NCBI GenBank assembly: GCA_964291405.2
Contig: OZ219926.1
Location: 2,720,001 to 2,784,000, forward strand
DNA length: 64,000 nt
Direction of reading: 5' to 3'
Origin: Thermodesulfobacteriota bacterium
GTDB lineage: Bacteria; Desulfobacterota; Binatia; Bin18
The notes below the pieces were generated by a model, which worked only from the letters and a program-made list of their open reading frames with translations, was not told where the DNA came from and made no database searches. The position numbers were made by a program, and so were the translations under genes. This document shows positions 30,901 through 40,776 of this stretch, piece by piece (the stretch's first letter is position 1; the number at the start of each line of letters is the position of its first letter).

Positions 30901-31875
30901 CTACCAGCGTGCAACCGACGCCCCCCAGGTGAGTCCGCCCCCACAGCCGTTGAGCACGACAATATCGTCCGCGTGGACTTTGCCTGCTCGAACAGCCTCA
31001 TCCAGAGCTATCGGAATGGAAGCCGCAGAGGTGTTTCCGAAACGATCCACATTGCAGTGCACCTTGTCCATGCTTGCTCCCAGGCGGTCGGCCACCGCTT
31101 GGATGATACGCAGATTCGCCTGATGGGGAACCATCAGCGTGATATCTTCTGGAGCCAGGCCAGCTTTTTCGAGGGCCTTTTTTGTCACGTCGGACAGGGC
31201 GCGAACGGCGACCTTGAACAGTTCGGGGCCTTTCATCTGAATCCCCCAGTCCGGCTCCTGTTCCCCGGCCTGATCAAACGTTTGCCGTAGACCGGACCGA
31301 ACGTGGAGCAGCTGCCACAGGGCTCCGCTGGACTCGACGACAGTGCTGAGCAGGCCTTGATCGTTTGACTGATTTTCCAACACGACCGCCCCGGCACCAT
31401 CCCCGAACAGCACGCAGGTCGTCCGGTCTCCCCAGTTAACCATGGAGCTCAGAGCATCTGCGCCAACCAGCAGGATACGATTATACTCGCCGCTTTTGAG
31501 GTAGCTATGGGCAACCGACATGCCGTACACAAACCCCGCACAGGCTGCCGCAACATCAAAGGCGGGGATATTATCCACGCCAAGGCGCGTTTGGAGTAAG
31601 CAGGCTGTGGAGGGAAAGGCATACTCCCCAGAGACCGTGGCGATCAGAACCACATCCAAGTCCTGCGCAGTCAGACCAGCCGCCTTGAGTGCTGTTTCGC
31701 TTGCCGCGTGAATGAGGTCGAGCAAAGCCTCATCCTTTCGGATGACACGTCTTTCCTGTATCCCGGTTCGGGTGACGATCCATTTATGATTGGTGTCAAC
31801 CCGCCCGGCCAGATCATCATTGGTGAGACAGGTTGAAGGGACGGCGGAACCCGTGCCGATAATACGTGCGCCCAT
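30901..31875 (-). CDS. fabH: 3-oxoacyl-ACP synthase III
   Basis: RTGIQERR, AACAGF, LFGDGAGA, PHQANLRI, GNTSAAS. Confidence 0.95.
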   Translation of the reverse strand: MGARIIGTGSAVPSTCLTNDDLAGRVDTNHKWIVTRTGIQERRVIRKDEALLDLIHAASETALKAAGLTAQDLDVVLIATVSGEYAFPSTACLLQTRLGVDNIPAFDVAAACAGFVYGMSVAHSYLKSGEYNRILLVGADALSSMVNWGDRTTCVLFGDGAGAVVLENQSNDQGLLSTVVESSGALWQLLHVRSGLRQTFDQAGEQEPDWGIQMKGPELFKVAVRALSDVTKKALEKAGLAPEDITLMVPHQANLRIIQAVADRLGASMDKVHCNVDRFGNTSAASIPIALDEAVRAGKVHADDIVVLNGCGGGLTWGASVARW

Positions 31876-31998
31876 GCGCTACCTCTTTAATCCTTCTTGC
31901 CCAGCGAGATCAGGCCAATCAATACGTCTCATACTGTTTCGCTCAAGGCAGGTTCTGATTGCTTCGGTCCCAGTGTTCTCGTTATACCGGCCGCCGTT

Positions 31999-33276
31999 CT
32001 ACTGATTCGTGCTCTGCCCGTTCTGATCGTTATCCCATTTGCGAAAGACGAGACAGGCGTTGGTCCCTCCAAAGCCGAAGGAATTGGATAAGACGGCCCG
32101 GACAGGTGTCGAGCGGGACTTATTGGGCACATAGTCTAAGTCGCACTCTGGATCAGGTTCCTCATAGTTAATGGTTGGCGGTATGATCTGATGATGGAGC
32201 GCCAAAGCGGAATAGACGGCTTCGACGCCACCGGCAGCCCCAAGTAAATGGCCGGTCATGGACTTGGTCGAACTGATCGCGAGCTTTGTGGCGTGTTCTC
32301 CAAAGACTCTCTTCAGGGCCAAGGTTTCGGTCGCGTCGTTATACGGTGTTGAGGTCCCGTGTGCATTGACGTAATCGATCTCGGTTGGATCAAGTCCGCT
32401 GCTCCGGAGGGCCATCCGCATGCACCGGACTGCGCCCTCACCTTCGGGCGAGGGCGCGGTGATATGATGCGCGTCCCCATTGGCACCGTAGCCGATCACT
32501 TCAGCGTAGATGGTTGCCCCATGACTCTTTGCGAATTCGAGCTCCTCCAACACAACGATACCGGCGCCTTCGGCCATGACAAAGCCGTCACGATTCTTGT
32601 CAAACGGACGGCTGGCTCCCTCAGGTGCGTCGTTCCGCGTCGAGACTGCCCGCATGGCAATAAAGCCGCCGAGCCCTAACGGGGTCAGCGCCGCCTCTGC
32701 TCCCCCGGCAATAACGGCGTCTTGGTCGCCCAGTCGAATGGCCCGGTACGCTTCACCAATGGCATGCGCACCAGAAGAGCAGGCACTCGTTGGCGTATAA
32801 TTAATACCTTTGGCGCCATAGCGAATAGAGATTTGGCCGGGTGCCAGGTTGCTCAACAGCTTGGGGATAAAGAAGGGAGAAACGCGCTTGAGCCGGGTAT
32901 CGAGAAAGAGCAGATGATTCTCTTCAATACTGGTGAGCCCACCAATCCCCACCCCGATAATACACCCCACCAGATCCTCATTGTCCGGCGTGATTGGGAC
33001 CTTAGCCTCATCCATTGCCATCTGGGCCGCGGCCACACTGTACTGGATGAAGAGGTCCATCTTTTTGACCTCTTTTTTCTCGATAAAATCGGTGGGTGTG
33101 AAGTCGGTGACCTCGCCAGCGATCCGCGTGGGAAAGTCTGAAACATCAAAGCGGGTTAACGGTCCTACCCCAGAGCGTCCCTCAAGCAGTGCTTGCCAGT
33201 TTTTCTCCACTCCAGTGCCCAGTGGAGTGACCGCCCCTAGCCCAGTAATGACGACACGACGTTGCCCGTCTTGCAT
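31999..33276 (-). CDS. fabF: 3-oxoacyl-ACP synthase II
   Basis: [43 protein letters not shown]. Confidence 0.96.
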   Translation of the reverse strand: MQDGQRRVVITGLGAVTPLGTGVEKNWQALLEGRSGVGPLTRFDVSDFPTRIAGEVTDFTPTDFIEKKEVKKMDLFIQYSVAAAQMAMDEAKVPITPDNEDLVGCIIGVGIGGLTSIEENHLLFLDTRLKRVSPFFIPKLLSNLAPGQISIRYGAKGINYTPTSACSSGAHAIGEAYRAIRLGDQDAVIAGGAEAALTPLGLGGFIAMRAVSTRNDAPEGASRPFDKNRDGFVMAEGAGIVVLEELEFAKSHGATIYAEVIGYGANGDAHHITAPSPEGEGAVRCMRMALRSSGLDPTEIDYVNAHGTSTPYNDATETLALKRVFGEHATKLAISSTKSMTGHLLGAAGGVEAVYSALALHHQIIPPTINYEEPDPECDLDYVPNKSRSTPVRAVLSNSFGFGGTNACLVFRKWDNDQNGQSTNQ

Positions 33277-33301
33277 AATATCCTGCCTTACAAACTACTG
33301 A

Positions 33302-33355
33302 AAAGAGTAAGCGTGTCCTCCACTAGACATGAGAGGCTGGACACGTTTACTCTTT
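33302..33355 (+). repeat. 54-bp palindromic element, copy upstream of fabF
   Basis: AAAGAGTAAGCGTGTCCTCCACTAGACATGAGAGGCTGGACACGTTTACTCTTT. Confidence 0.9.
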
Positions 33356-33604
33356 TGCCAACATCCCACCGTCCCAAAGGTGGGCTCAATAGTTTTTTAC
33401 CCGCGCCTCTCCGTTCCCCCAGAAACTTTATTCAGGCTGTGTATCTTAAAGCCTCCGAGAATCCCCTGCAACCAGTTAGCTATGCTCCTCGCGAACCCGA
33501 ATCGAGTGGACGAGCACCAAAGGGAGTCCCTTTTCTGACAGTGGGCTGCTATACGGAATACTCCAAAAGGCAGTACCGTAATCATGAGGAGTTGACAGAG
33601 GCGT

Positions 33605-34855
33605 ATGCCAGAACAGGAGCAGGGTCGACACATTCAAACAGTGTACCTGGACCAACGTGCCTACGCCTTCCCGCATCGGCCTGTGGTCGTGATCTGTATA
33701 GACGGGTGTGATCCAGCCTATATCAAGACTGGCCTGGCCCGGAACATTCTGCCCAACATCCAGCGTTTTCTCACCAAAGGGTTTGGCACCTGGGCGGACG
33801 CGGTCGTCCCAACGTTTACGAATCCGAACAATCTATCCATTGTCACGGGCAGTCCGCCCGCTGTGCACGGGATTTCAGGGAATTATTTTCTCGATCCGAC
33901 AACCGGACAGACAGTCATGATGACCGATCCCCACCAGCTCCGTTCAGAAACCCTGCTGGCGCGCTTCTCCCACAGCGGGGTCAAAGTCATCGTCATTACC
34001 GCCAAAGAGAAACTGCGCCGTTTGCTTGGCTACGGAATCGCCGACGGTATATGTTTCTCTGCCGAAAAGGCGGAAGACTGTACCATCCCCGTGCACGGTA
34101 TTGAGAACGTTTGCCAGCGGATTGGCCGTCCACAGCCCGATGTCTACTCTGCCGAGCTGTCACTCTTTGTCCTAGAAGCTGGCCTCGCCCTGCTCGAACA
34201 GTACCGACCGGGGTTGATGTATCTCTCGCTGAGCGACTATGTCCAGCATAAACATGCACCGGGGAGCGCGGAAGCGAACGCGTTCTATGCCGCGCTTGAC
34301 CTTGTGTGTGGTCGGCTGGCTGAAGCGGGAGCCATGGTCGCTCTCACCGCCGACCATGGCATGAATGCCAAACCACGAGTCGTGTTTCTCCAGGATATTC
34401 TGAATACGAGCTGTGGTCAGGGCAAGACACGCGTAATCTGTCCGATTACTGATCCCTATGTGGTCCATCATGGGGCGTTGGGGTCTTGTGTCCGCGTCTA
34501 CTGTCTTGATACGGACCGGGCTGCCGTGCAGGCTATCATCGCAGACATTCCTGGGGTTGAAGCGGTTTATGATAGGTTCGCCGCGTGCGAGCGGTTTCTC
34601 CTGCCGCCCGACCGCGAGGCCGACCTCCTTGTGCTTGGCGACCAACACACGGCCATTGGGGCGGCCGAACGAGATCATGACTTGTCCGAGTTAGGCGATG
34701 CACCGCTCCGCTCTCATGGAGGGCGCGCGGAGCAGGTGGTCCCATTTATCCTTTCCGAGCCAGTTTCCGAGGCGTACCATACCCGCGCGGCAACCATCCG
34801 GCTTAGCACCTTCGACCTGTTCGACTACGCTTTGAATGGGACATGTGAGTTGTAG
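33605..34855 (+). CDS. phnA: Phosphonoacetate hydrolase
   Basis: VVICIDG, PTFTNPNNLSIVTG, HGISGN, DYVQHK, TADHGM, HHGALG, LRSHGG. Confidence 0.9.
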   Translation: MPEQEQGRHIQTVYLDQRAYAFPHRPVVVICIDGCDPAYIKTGLARNILPNIQRFLTKGFGTWADAVVPTFTNPNNLSIVTGSPPAVHGISGNYFLDPTTGQTVMMTDPHQLRSETLLARFSHSGVKVIVITAKEKLRRLLGYGIADGICFSAEKAEDCTIPVHGIENVCQRIGRPQPDVYSAELSLFVLEAGLALLEQYRPGLMYLSLSDYVQHKHAPGSAEANAFYAALDLVCGRLAEAGAMVALTADHGMNAKPRVVFLQDILNTSCGQGKTRVICPITDPYVVHHGALGSCVRVYCLDTDRAAVQAIIADIPGVEAVYDRFAACERFLLPPDREADLLVLGDQHTAIGAAERDHDLSELGDAPLRSHGGRAEQVVPFILSEPVSEAYHTRAATIRLSTFDLFDYALNGTCEL

Positions 34856-34921
34856 CCTTCTGCGCTTTTCTCGTTTCCTCACGCCTTGTGTCGGGAAAAT
34901 GGAGTCTATAGACTGAAAATA

Positions 34922-35554
34922 ATGGATGTCTCAGGCGTGGTGCAGCAACTGTCCATTTGGGTACTGCCGGTCCTTGTGGCGGTCATCTTGCACGAGCTCG
35001 CGCATGGCTATAGCGCCTATCTGCTGGGTGATCCGACCGCTGCCCGAATGGGTCGCCTGACCCTGAATCCAATTGCCCATATCGATCTGCTTGGAACCCT
35101 CTTATTACCCTTCCTGCTGATCATGACTGGCGCGCCGTTTCTGTTTGGCTACGCCAAGCCCGTTCCCGTAGACTTTACGAATCTGCGCAACCCCCGACGA
35201 GATATGGTCCGTGTGGCCGCGGCTGGTCCGATCATGAACCTGATATTAGCCGGACTGTCCGCCTTTGCGCTGAAGTTCCTGCTGTCCCTCCAACTCATCA
35301 CCGATGGACTGGTCGCCCGCAACCTGTTGAATAGCGTCCTGATCAATGTTGTACTCGCCGTCTTTAATTTGTTTCCGCTCCCGCCGCTCGACGGCGGGCG
35401 GGTCGCCACCGGACTGCTGCCTCGGCAGCCGGCTCTGGTGCTCGCCAGGCTTGAGCCCTATGGCATGTTGATCGTGATATTCCTGTTGATGACCGGGATT
35501 CTTGGCGACATACTTCAACCGCCGGTGCTCTTTGTCCTCAACACTCTCTTGTGA
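34922..35554 (+). CDS. Site-2 protease family (M50) membrane metalloprotease
   Basis: HELAH, GDPTA..GRLTLNP, AGPIMN, FNLFPLPPLDGG. Confidence 0.92.
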   Translation: MDVSGVVQQLSIWVLPVLVAVILHELAHGYSAYLLGDPTAARMGRLTLNPIAHIDLLGTLLLPFLLIMTGAPFLFGYAKPVPVDFTNLRNPRRDMVRVAAAGPIMNLILAGLSAFALKFLLSLQLITDGLVARNLLNSVLINVVLAVFNLFPLPPLDGGRVATGLLPRQPALVLARLEPYGMLIVIFLLMTGILGDILQPPVLFVLNTLL

Positions 35555-35564
35555 GATTTTCTGC

Positions 35565-36590
35565 ATGACCGACACCACACCGATGCGGCAAACGATTGTG
35601 AGTGGATTTCGTCCAACCGGTAAGCTTCATCTTGGACATTTACACGGTACGCTGACCAACTGGGTCCGGCTCCAGAGCGAGTACCGGTGTTTTTTCTTTG
35701 TGGCCGACTGGCACGCCCTGACCACCGGGAAGACGGACGCCGAGAGCATTCGGAGCAATACCGAAGAGATGGTAATTGACTGGCTAAGCGTTGGGCTCGA
35801 CCCCAACCAGTCTGTGATTTTCCGTCAGTCTGATGTGAAGGAGCATGCCGAGCTGCACCTCTTGTTTTCGATGATTACGCCGACGCCGTGGCTGATTCGG
35901 AACCCTACCGTCAAAGAGCAAGCGCGTGAACTGGGCTTTATTGACTCTGATGATGAGGCTGCGGTGACCACGATTCACTACGGGTTGCTCGGCTATCCTG
36001 TCCTCCAGGCCGCCGACATCCTGATGTATAAGGCGCAGCGGGTTCCGGTCGGGGTCGATCAAGTGCCGCATATCGAGTTGACCCGCGAGATTGCCCGGCG
36101 CTTTAATGCCGTCTACGAGACCAGGGTCTTTCCCGAGCCCCAGGCTCTGCTTACGGAGATTCCAAAGATTCTTGGCGTTGACGGCCGCAAAATGAGCAAG
36201 AGCTATGGCAACGCGGTCGTCCTCTCAGACCCGCCGCAGGAGGTCGATACGAAACTGTCGCGGATGATGACCGACCCACGCCGAGCGCGCCGACGTGACC
36301 CTGGCGACCCGGCCGACTGCCCGGCTTTTCACCTGCACCGCCTCTACTGTACGCCGGAAGAAATCGAATTTGTCACAAGCGGGTGTAAAACCGCGGATAT
36401 CGGCTGTCTTGAATGCAAGAAGATTATGATCAAGCATGTGCTTGACGATTTGGCACAATTCAGGGAAAAACGAACGTACTGGGAAAACCACCGCGACGAT
36501 GTGCGCGACGTCCTCCGGGAAGGGGAGCGTCAGGCTCACGAAATCGCCCGTCAAACCATGGCGGAGGTGCGGGAGGTTGTTGGTGTGTAA
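35565..36590 (+). CDS. trpS: Tryptophanyl-tRNA synthetase
   Basis: RPTGKLHLGH, YPVLQAADI, VPVGVDQ, KMSKS. Confidence 0.96.
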   Translation: MTDTTPMRQTIVSGFRPTGKLHLGHLHGTLTNWVRLQSEYRCFFFVADWHALTTGKTDAESIRSNTEEMVIDWLSVGLDPNQSVIFRQSDVKEHAELHLLFSMITPTPWLIRNPTVKEQARELGFIDSDDEAAVTTIHYGLLGYPVLQAADILMYKAQRVPVGVDQVPHIELTREIARRFNAVYETRVFPEPQALLTEIPKILGVDGRKMSKSYGNAVVLSDPPQEVDTKLSRMMTDPRRARRRDPGDPADCPAFHLHRLYCTPEEIEFVTSGCKTADIGCLECKKIMIKHVLDDLAQFREKRTYWENHRDDVRDVLREGERQAHEIARQTMAEVREVVGV

Positions 36591-36700
36591 GGTGACGGAA
36601 GGGTCAGGCCACCAGAGTTGGTGAGACGGTGTCGGCCCTCCCTTTTGCCACATGGGAAATGACGAACGGCGAAGAGTGTCCAGCCGACAAAGCCCTTTCC

Positions 36701-37438
36701 ATGTTTTATCGCGTTAAGCTCAACGTCTTTGAGGGACCGCTCGACTTATTGCTCCATCTCGTCAAGAAGAACGAGGTGGAGTTGCCCGATATCCCTGTTG
36801 CTGAAATTACCGATCAGTATTTAGCCTACCTCGACCTTCTCAAACAGCTCGATCTTGACATCGCAGGAGAATACCTGGTGATGGCGGCGAGCCTGCTCTA
36901 CCTCAAATCGCGTCTCCTGCTGCCTCTTGAGGAAACCCCCGAAGAAGAGGAGGGTGAAGACCCGCGCGCGGAGTTGGCTCGACAACTGCTCGAATACCAA
37001 CGCTTCAAAGAAGCAGCCGAGACGCTGATAGGTCGGGAGATGCTCAACCGCGACGTGTTTATTCGCCCACCCATGCCCGTCGAGCCGGATGGTAAAGACG
37101 ATGTCGTGTATGACTTGTCGCTGGGCGATCTGCTCGATGCTCTGCAGGATGTGATGACACGCGCAGACTCTCAAGAGGCGCATCAGATCATGCTTGAGCA
37201 TGTGTCTTTGCGGGATCGACTGCGTGCGGTGCTTGATACCTTACGGGAAAAAGGAGAGGTGTTCTTCGAGCAGCTTTTTCCCCAGAATTCAACCCGCCTG
37301 CAGGTCCTGGTGACCTTCCTGGCCGTTCTCGAACTGGCCCGCAATAGGATGATCCAGGTGCGCCAAGAGAATCCCTTTGGCCCGATCGTTGCCTCCCTGG
37401 CGGTAAGAGGAAACGTGTCCTCCAATGATGTCGTATAA
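36701..37438 (+). CDS. scpA: Segregation and condensation protein A
   Basis: FEGPLDLLL, LKSRLLLP, LLEYQRFK, VTFLAVLEL; start could be 36659. Confidence 0.93.
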   Translation: MFYRVKLNVFEGPLDLLLHLVKKNEVELPDIPVAEITDQYLAYLDLLKQLDLDIAGEYLVMAASLLYLKSRLLLPLEETPEEEEGEDPRAELARQLLEYQRFKEAAETLIGREMLNRDVFIRPPMPVEPDGKDDVVYDLSLGDLLDALQDVMTRADSQEAHQIMLEHVSLRDRLRAVLDTLREKGEVFFEQLFPQNSTRLQVLVTFLAVLELARNRMIQVRQENPFGPIVASLAVRGNVSSNDVV

Positions 37439-37458
37439 AGCTGGACACGTTTCCTCTT
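37405..37458 (+). repeat. Palindromic element copy overlapping the scpA 3' end and stop codon
   Basis: AAGAGGAAACGTGTCCTCCAATGATGTCGTATAAAGCTGGACACGTTTCCTCTT. Confidence 0.9.
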
Positions 37459-37498
37459 CGAGCCCAGAGGAGCCCTTACCCGAGGCGCTCGGACACCT

Positions 37499-38194
37499 AT
37501 GAAAACAGATCACATCAAGGCGATCGTCGAAAGTCTGCTATTTGCATCCGGCGTGCCCCTGCCGCTTCGCCGTCTGGTTGAGGTCACTGGCGCAACCAAG
37601 ACAGAGGTGAAGGAAGCCCTTGCCGCCCTGCGCGCCGAATATACCGGCCCCTACCGAGGGGTGCGGCTCCGAGAAGTCGCGGGCGGCTATCAGTTTCGGA
37701 CGGTTGCCGACTATGCCGACTATGTGAAAGCCCTAGGTCGGGATAAACCGGTCAAGTTGAGCCGCGCGGCCCTCGAAACGCTCGCCATTATTGCCTATCG
37801 TCAACCCTTGACCAAGATTGAGATTGAAGCCATTCGTGGCGTCGATGTGGACGGCGTGTTAAACTCGCTCCTCACCCGCAAGCTCATTACCGTCCTGGGG
37901 CGTAAAGATGTACCCGGCCGGCCGTGGATATACGGGACGAGCCAGCAGTTTCTTGAAGTTTTCAACCTGGAGAGTATTAGAGACCTCCCCCCGTTGCCCG
38001 ACATTCATGAGCCAACGGCAAATGCGCACGCAGAAGACAGCCCAGACTCAACGGCTCCAGAAGATCCTGAGTCAGGCGGGGATTTCTTCGCGACGGGCAG
38101 CGGAGCGGTTGATCCAGGCCGGTCGAGTCCGGGTGAATGGACAAACGGTCACGCGTCTGGGAACAACGGCGGACCCGCGACAGGATCGCATTGA
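37499..38194 (+). CDS. scpB: Segregation and condensation protein B
   Basis: VESLLFA, VAGGYQFRT, LETLAIIAYRQP, IRGVD, PGRP..YGT. Confidence 0.93.
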   Translation: MKTDHIKAIVESLLFASGVPLPLRRLVEVTGATKTEVKEALAALRAEYTGPYRGVRLREVAGGYQFRTVADYADYVKALGRDKPVKLSRAALETLAIIAYRQPLTKIEIEAIRGVDVDGVLNSLLTRKLITVLGRKDVPGRPWIYGTSQQFLEVFNLESIRDLPPLPDIHEPTANAHAEDSPDSTAPEDPESGGDFFATGSGAVDPGRSSPGEWTNGHASGNNGGPATGSH

Positions 38195-38783
38195 AGTTGA
38201 TGGGCACCTGATCGATTTGCCTACCGGTTGGCTGTATTTCCTGCTGCATAAACCACCGCGTGTGGTCAGCACCCTCAAAGATCCAGAGGGGCGTCCAACG
38301 GTCCGCGATTTGCTCTCCGGTGTTCGCGAACGTCTCTTTCCGGTCGGTCGTCTTGACTATGACTCATCCGGGCTGCTGCTGCTGACCAATGACGGCGCGC
38401 TGACGGAACGCCTTCTCCATCCCCGTTTTCAGGTGCCTCGCACCTATCAGGCAAAGGTCGGTGGTGTCGTCACCAGCAGAGCGCTGGCCGAGCTTCGCCG
38501 CGGCGTACAATTGGACGATGGCGCTCTCGCGGCCCCTGCCGAGGCGCATATTCTCCGGGCAACGGCTCGGAAGACCTGGCTCGAACTGGTGCTGCGCGAA
38601 GGACGCAACCGCGAGGTGCGCCGGATGTGTGAGGCGCTCGGCTATCGGGTGGAAAAATTGATCCGCGTGCAGTACGGCCCGCTCAGTTTAGACGTTCCGG
38701 TGGGTGCTTACCGGATGCTGATCCCACAAGAGGTCAAACGCCTGAAGCATCTGGTTGAAAGGCCTGCGCAATCACGACCTTAA
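38022..38783 (+). CDS. rluB: rRNA pseudouridine synthase (RluB/RsuA family)
   Basis: RLQKILSQAGISSRR S4 domain, VGRLDYDSSGLLLLTNDG, EGRNREVRRM. Confidence 0.88.
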   Translation: MRTQKTAQTQRLQKILSQAGISSRRAAERLIQAGRVRVNGQTVTRLGTTADPRQDRIEVDGHLIDLPTGWLYFLLHKPPRVVSTLKDPEGRPTVRDLLSGVRERLFPVGRLDYDSSGLLLLTNDGALTERLLHPRFQVPRTYQAKVGGVVTSRALAELRRGVQLDDGALAAPAEAHILRATARKTWLELVLREGRNREVRRMCEALGYRVEKLIRVQYGPLSLDVPVGAYRMLIPQEVKRLKHLVERPAQSRP

Positions 38784-38854
38784 CTTTGGTCTTGACGCCA
38801 TCTTTTCGGGGCGCTACATCTATCCGACGCGGCACCAGCCGCATTGCTGTCCTG

Positions 38855-38931
<77 letters not shown>

Positions 38932-38933
38932 AT

Positions 38934-38968
38934 GAGAGTCCCGTCAGTTCAAGAACTGCGGGACTCTC
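38934..38968 (+). terminator. Strong hairpin immediately 3' of the tRNA
   Basis: GAGAGTCCCG(T)CAGTT-CAAG-AACTGCGGGACTCTC; no U-tract. Confidence 0.5.
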
Positions 38969-39009
38969 GCCATGTATACGGCCCGCTAAACAAGCGAGAT
39001 TGTGTACCT

Positions 39010-40749
39010 ATGGAATCAGACACAACGCGCGGCAAAGACTCCATTCGCTACGAACCCAACGAAAACCCACCGCCCCTGCTCTCCTTCGGTATCGGCTTTC
39101 AGGCGGCCATGCTGGTAGTGGCCGGGATAGTATTGACCCCCGCGATTGTGATCCGGGCGGCCGACCAGAGCGAGGTCTATCTGTCCTGGGCGATCTTTGC
39201 GGCGCTTATTATCAGCGGGTCAACCACCGTCCTGCAAGCCGTCCGGGTCGGGCGCTTCGGAGCCGGCCACATCCTGATCATGGGGACCTCCGGCGCCTTT
39301 ATCGCGGTGTGCATCACCGCCCTGGTGAAGGGCGGGCCGGCCTTGCTGGCGACGCTCATCTTTATCTCTTCCTTGTTCCAGTTCACCCTGGCGACTCGGC
39401 TATCGCTCTTACGACGGATCATTACGCCGGTTGTTTCGGGCACAGTGGTCGCGCTGATTGCCGTGACCATTATGCCCATCGCGTTTCAGATGGTGTCGGT
39501 CGTGCCCGAGGGCACGTCGCCGGCAGCCGCGCCGGTGTCCGCCACCGCCACCCTGGTCGCCATTGCGGTGCTGGCATTGCGTGCGTCGGGTGTATGGCGG
39601 CTCTGGGCACCGGTCATCGGCATTGCGGTGGGCTGTCTGGTTGCCTCTTTCTTCGGGCTCTATGATGTTGCGCGCGTGGTCGAGGCGGATTGGATTGGCA
39701 TGCCGACATCCGGCTGGCCCGGCTTTGACCTGTCGTTTGGGAGCGAGTTCTGGGTGCTGCTGCCGGCCTTCGTGTTTGTGACCCTGGTCGGTGCCATTGA
39801 AACAATAGGCGATTCAGTGGCCATTCAGCGCGTCTCATGGCGCACCCCCCGGGCGGTCGATTTCCGCACGGTCCAGGGTGCGGTGAACGCCGATGGCCTG
39901 GGCAATCTGTTGTCCGGTCTGGCCAGTACTGTGCCGAATACGACCTATTCGAGCAGCATCCCGCTCACCGAATTAACCGGCGTGGCGGCGCGCAACGTCG
40001 GGGTCAGCCTGGGTCTCATCTTCATCGCTCTCGCCTTTCTGCCCAAGGTGTCCGCCCTGATCCTCGCCATTCCCAGCCCGGTGGTTGCCGCCTATGTCAT
40101 GGTGCTGATGGGTATGCTCTTCGTCCAGGGTATGAAGATCGTCATGCAGGACGGACTCGACTATCGGAAAGGCGTAGTGGTCGGGATTTCTTTCTGGCTC
40201 GGCGCGGGCTTTCAGAACCAGGACATCTTTGCCGCCCAACTCGGCGAGCAGTGGGGGGCGCTGCTCGGCAATGGCATGACAGCCGGCGGCCTGGCCGTTC
40301 TCGTCCTGACCCTGTTTACGGAACTGACGGGTCCGCGCCGCCACCGCCTGGAAATGGACCTGGACATAACGGCCCTGCCCAAGATCGACGGGTTTCTACG
40401 GGACCTGGCCTCGCGCTTCGGCTGGCATACCGCCTCGACGGAGCGCTTGTGCGCGGCCGGTGAGGAAACGCTGCTGAGTCTGGTGCAGCCGGAGGATGAA
40501 ACCACCCCCGACAAGCGGCGGCTCTTTATTGTTGGGCGTGGCGACGGCGCGGAAATCGAGTTGGAATTTGTGGCCGCGGTCGGGGATGAAAATCTCGAAG
40601 ACCGCATGGTCCTGCTCGGTGAGGGGAGCACCACACCCGAAGAGCACGAGATTTCTCTCCGCCTATTGAAACATTTTGCGGCCTCGGTCCGCCACCAGCA
40701 ATACCACGATATCGACATCGTAACCGTGCGGGTCGAAGCGGCACGCTAG
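39010..40749 (+). CDS. NCS2 (xanthine/uracil) permease with extra C-terminal soluble domain
   Basis: GTSGAFI, ITPVVSG, ETIGD, ADGLGN, PNTTYS, IPSPV; ~135-aa hydrophilic tail. Confidence 0.85.
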   Translation: MESDTTRGKDSIRYEPNENPPPLLSFGIGFQAAMLVVAGIVLTPAIVIRAADQSEVYLSWAIFAALIISGSTTVLQAVRVGRFGAGHILIMGTSGAFIAVCITALVKGGPALLATLIFISSLFQFTLATRLSLLRRIITPVVSGTVVALIAVTIMPIAFQMVSVVPEGTSPAAAPVSATATLVAIAVLALRASGVWRLWAPVIGIAVGCLVASFFGLYDVARVVEADWIGMPTSGWPGFDLSFGSEFWVLLPAFVFVTLVGAIETIGDSVAIQRVSWRTPRAVDFRTVQGAVNADGLGNLLSGLASTVPNTTYSSSIPLTELTGVAARNVGVSLGLIFIALAFLPKVSALILAIPSPVVAAYVMVLMGMLFVQGMKIVMQDGLDYRKGVVVGISFWLGAGFQNQDIFAAQLGEQWGALLGNGMTAGGLAVLVLTLFTELTGPRRHRLEMDLDITALPKIDGFLRDLASRFGWHTASTERLCAAGEETLLSLVQPEDETTPDKRRLFIVGRGDGAEIELEFVAAVGDENLEDRMVLLGEGSTTPEEHEISLRLLKHFAASVRHQQYHDIDIVTVRVEAAR

Positions 40750-40776
40750 GCGGGGATCATCTTCGGCCTGCAATCC

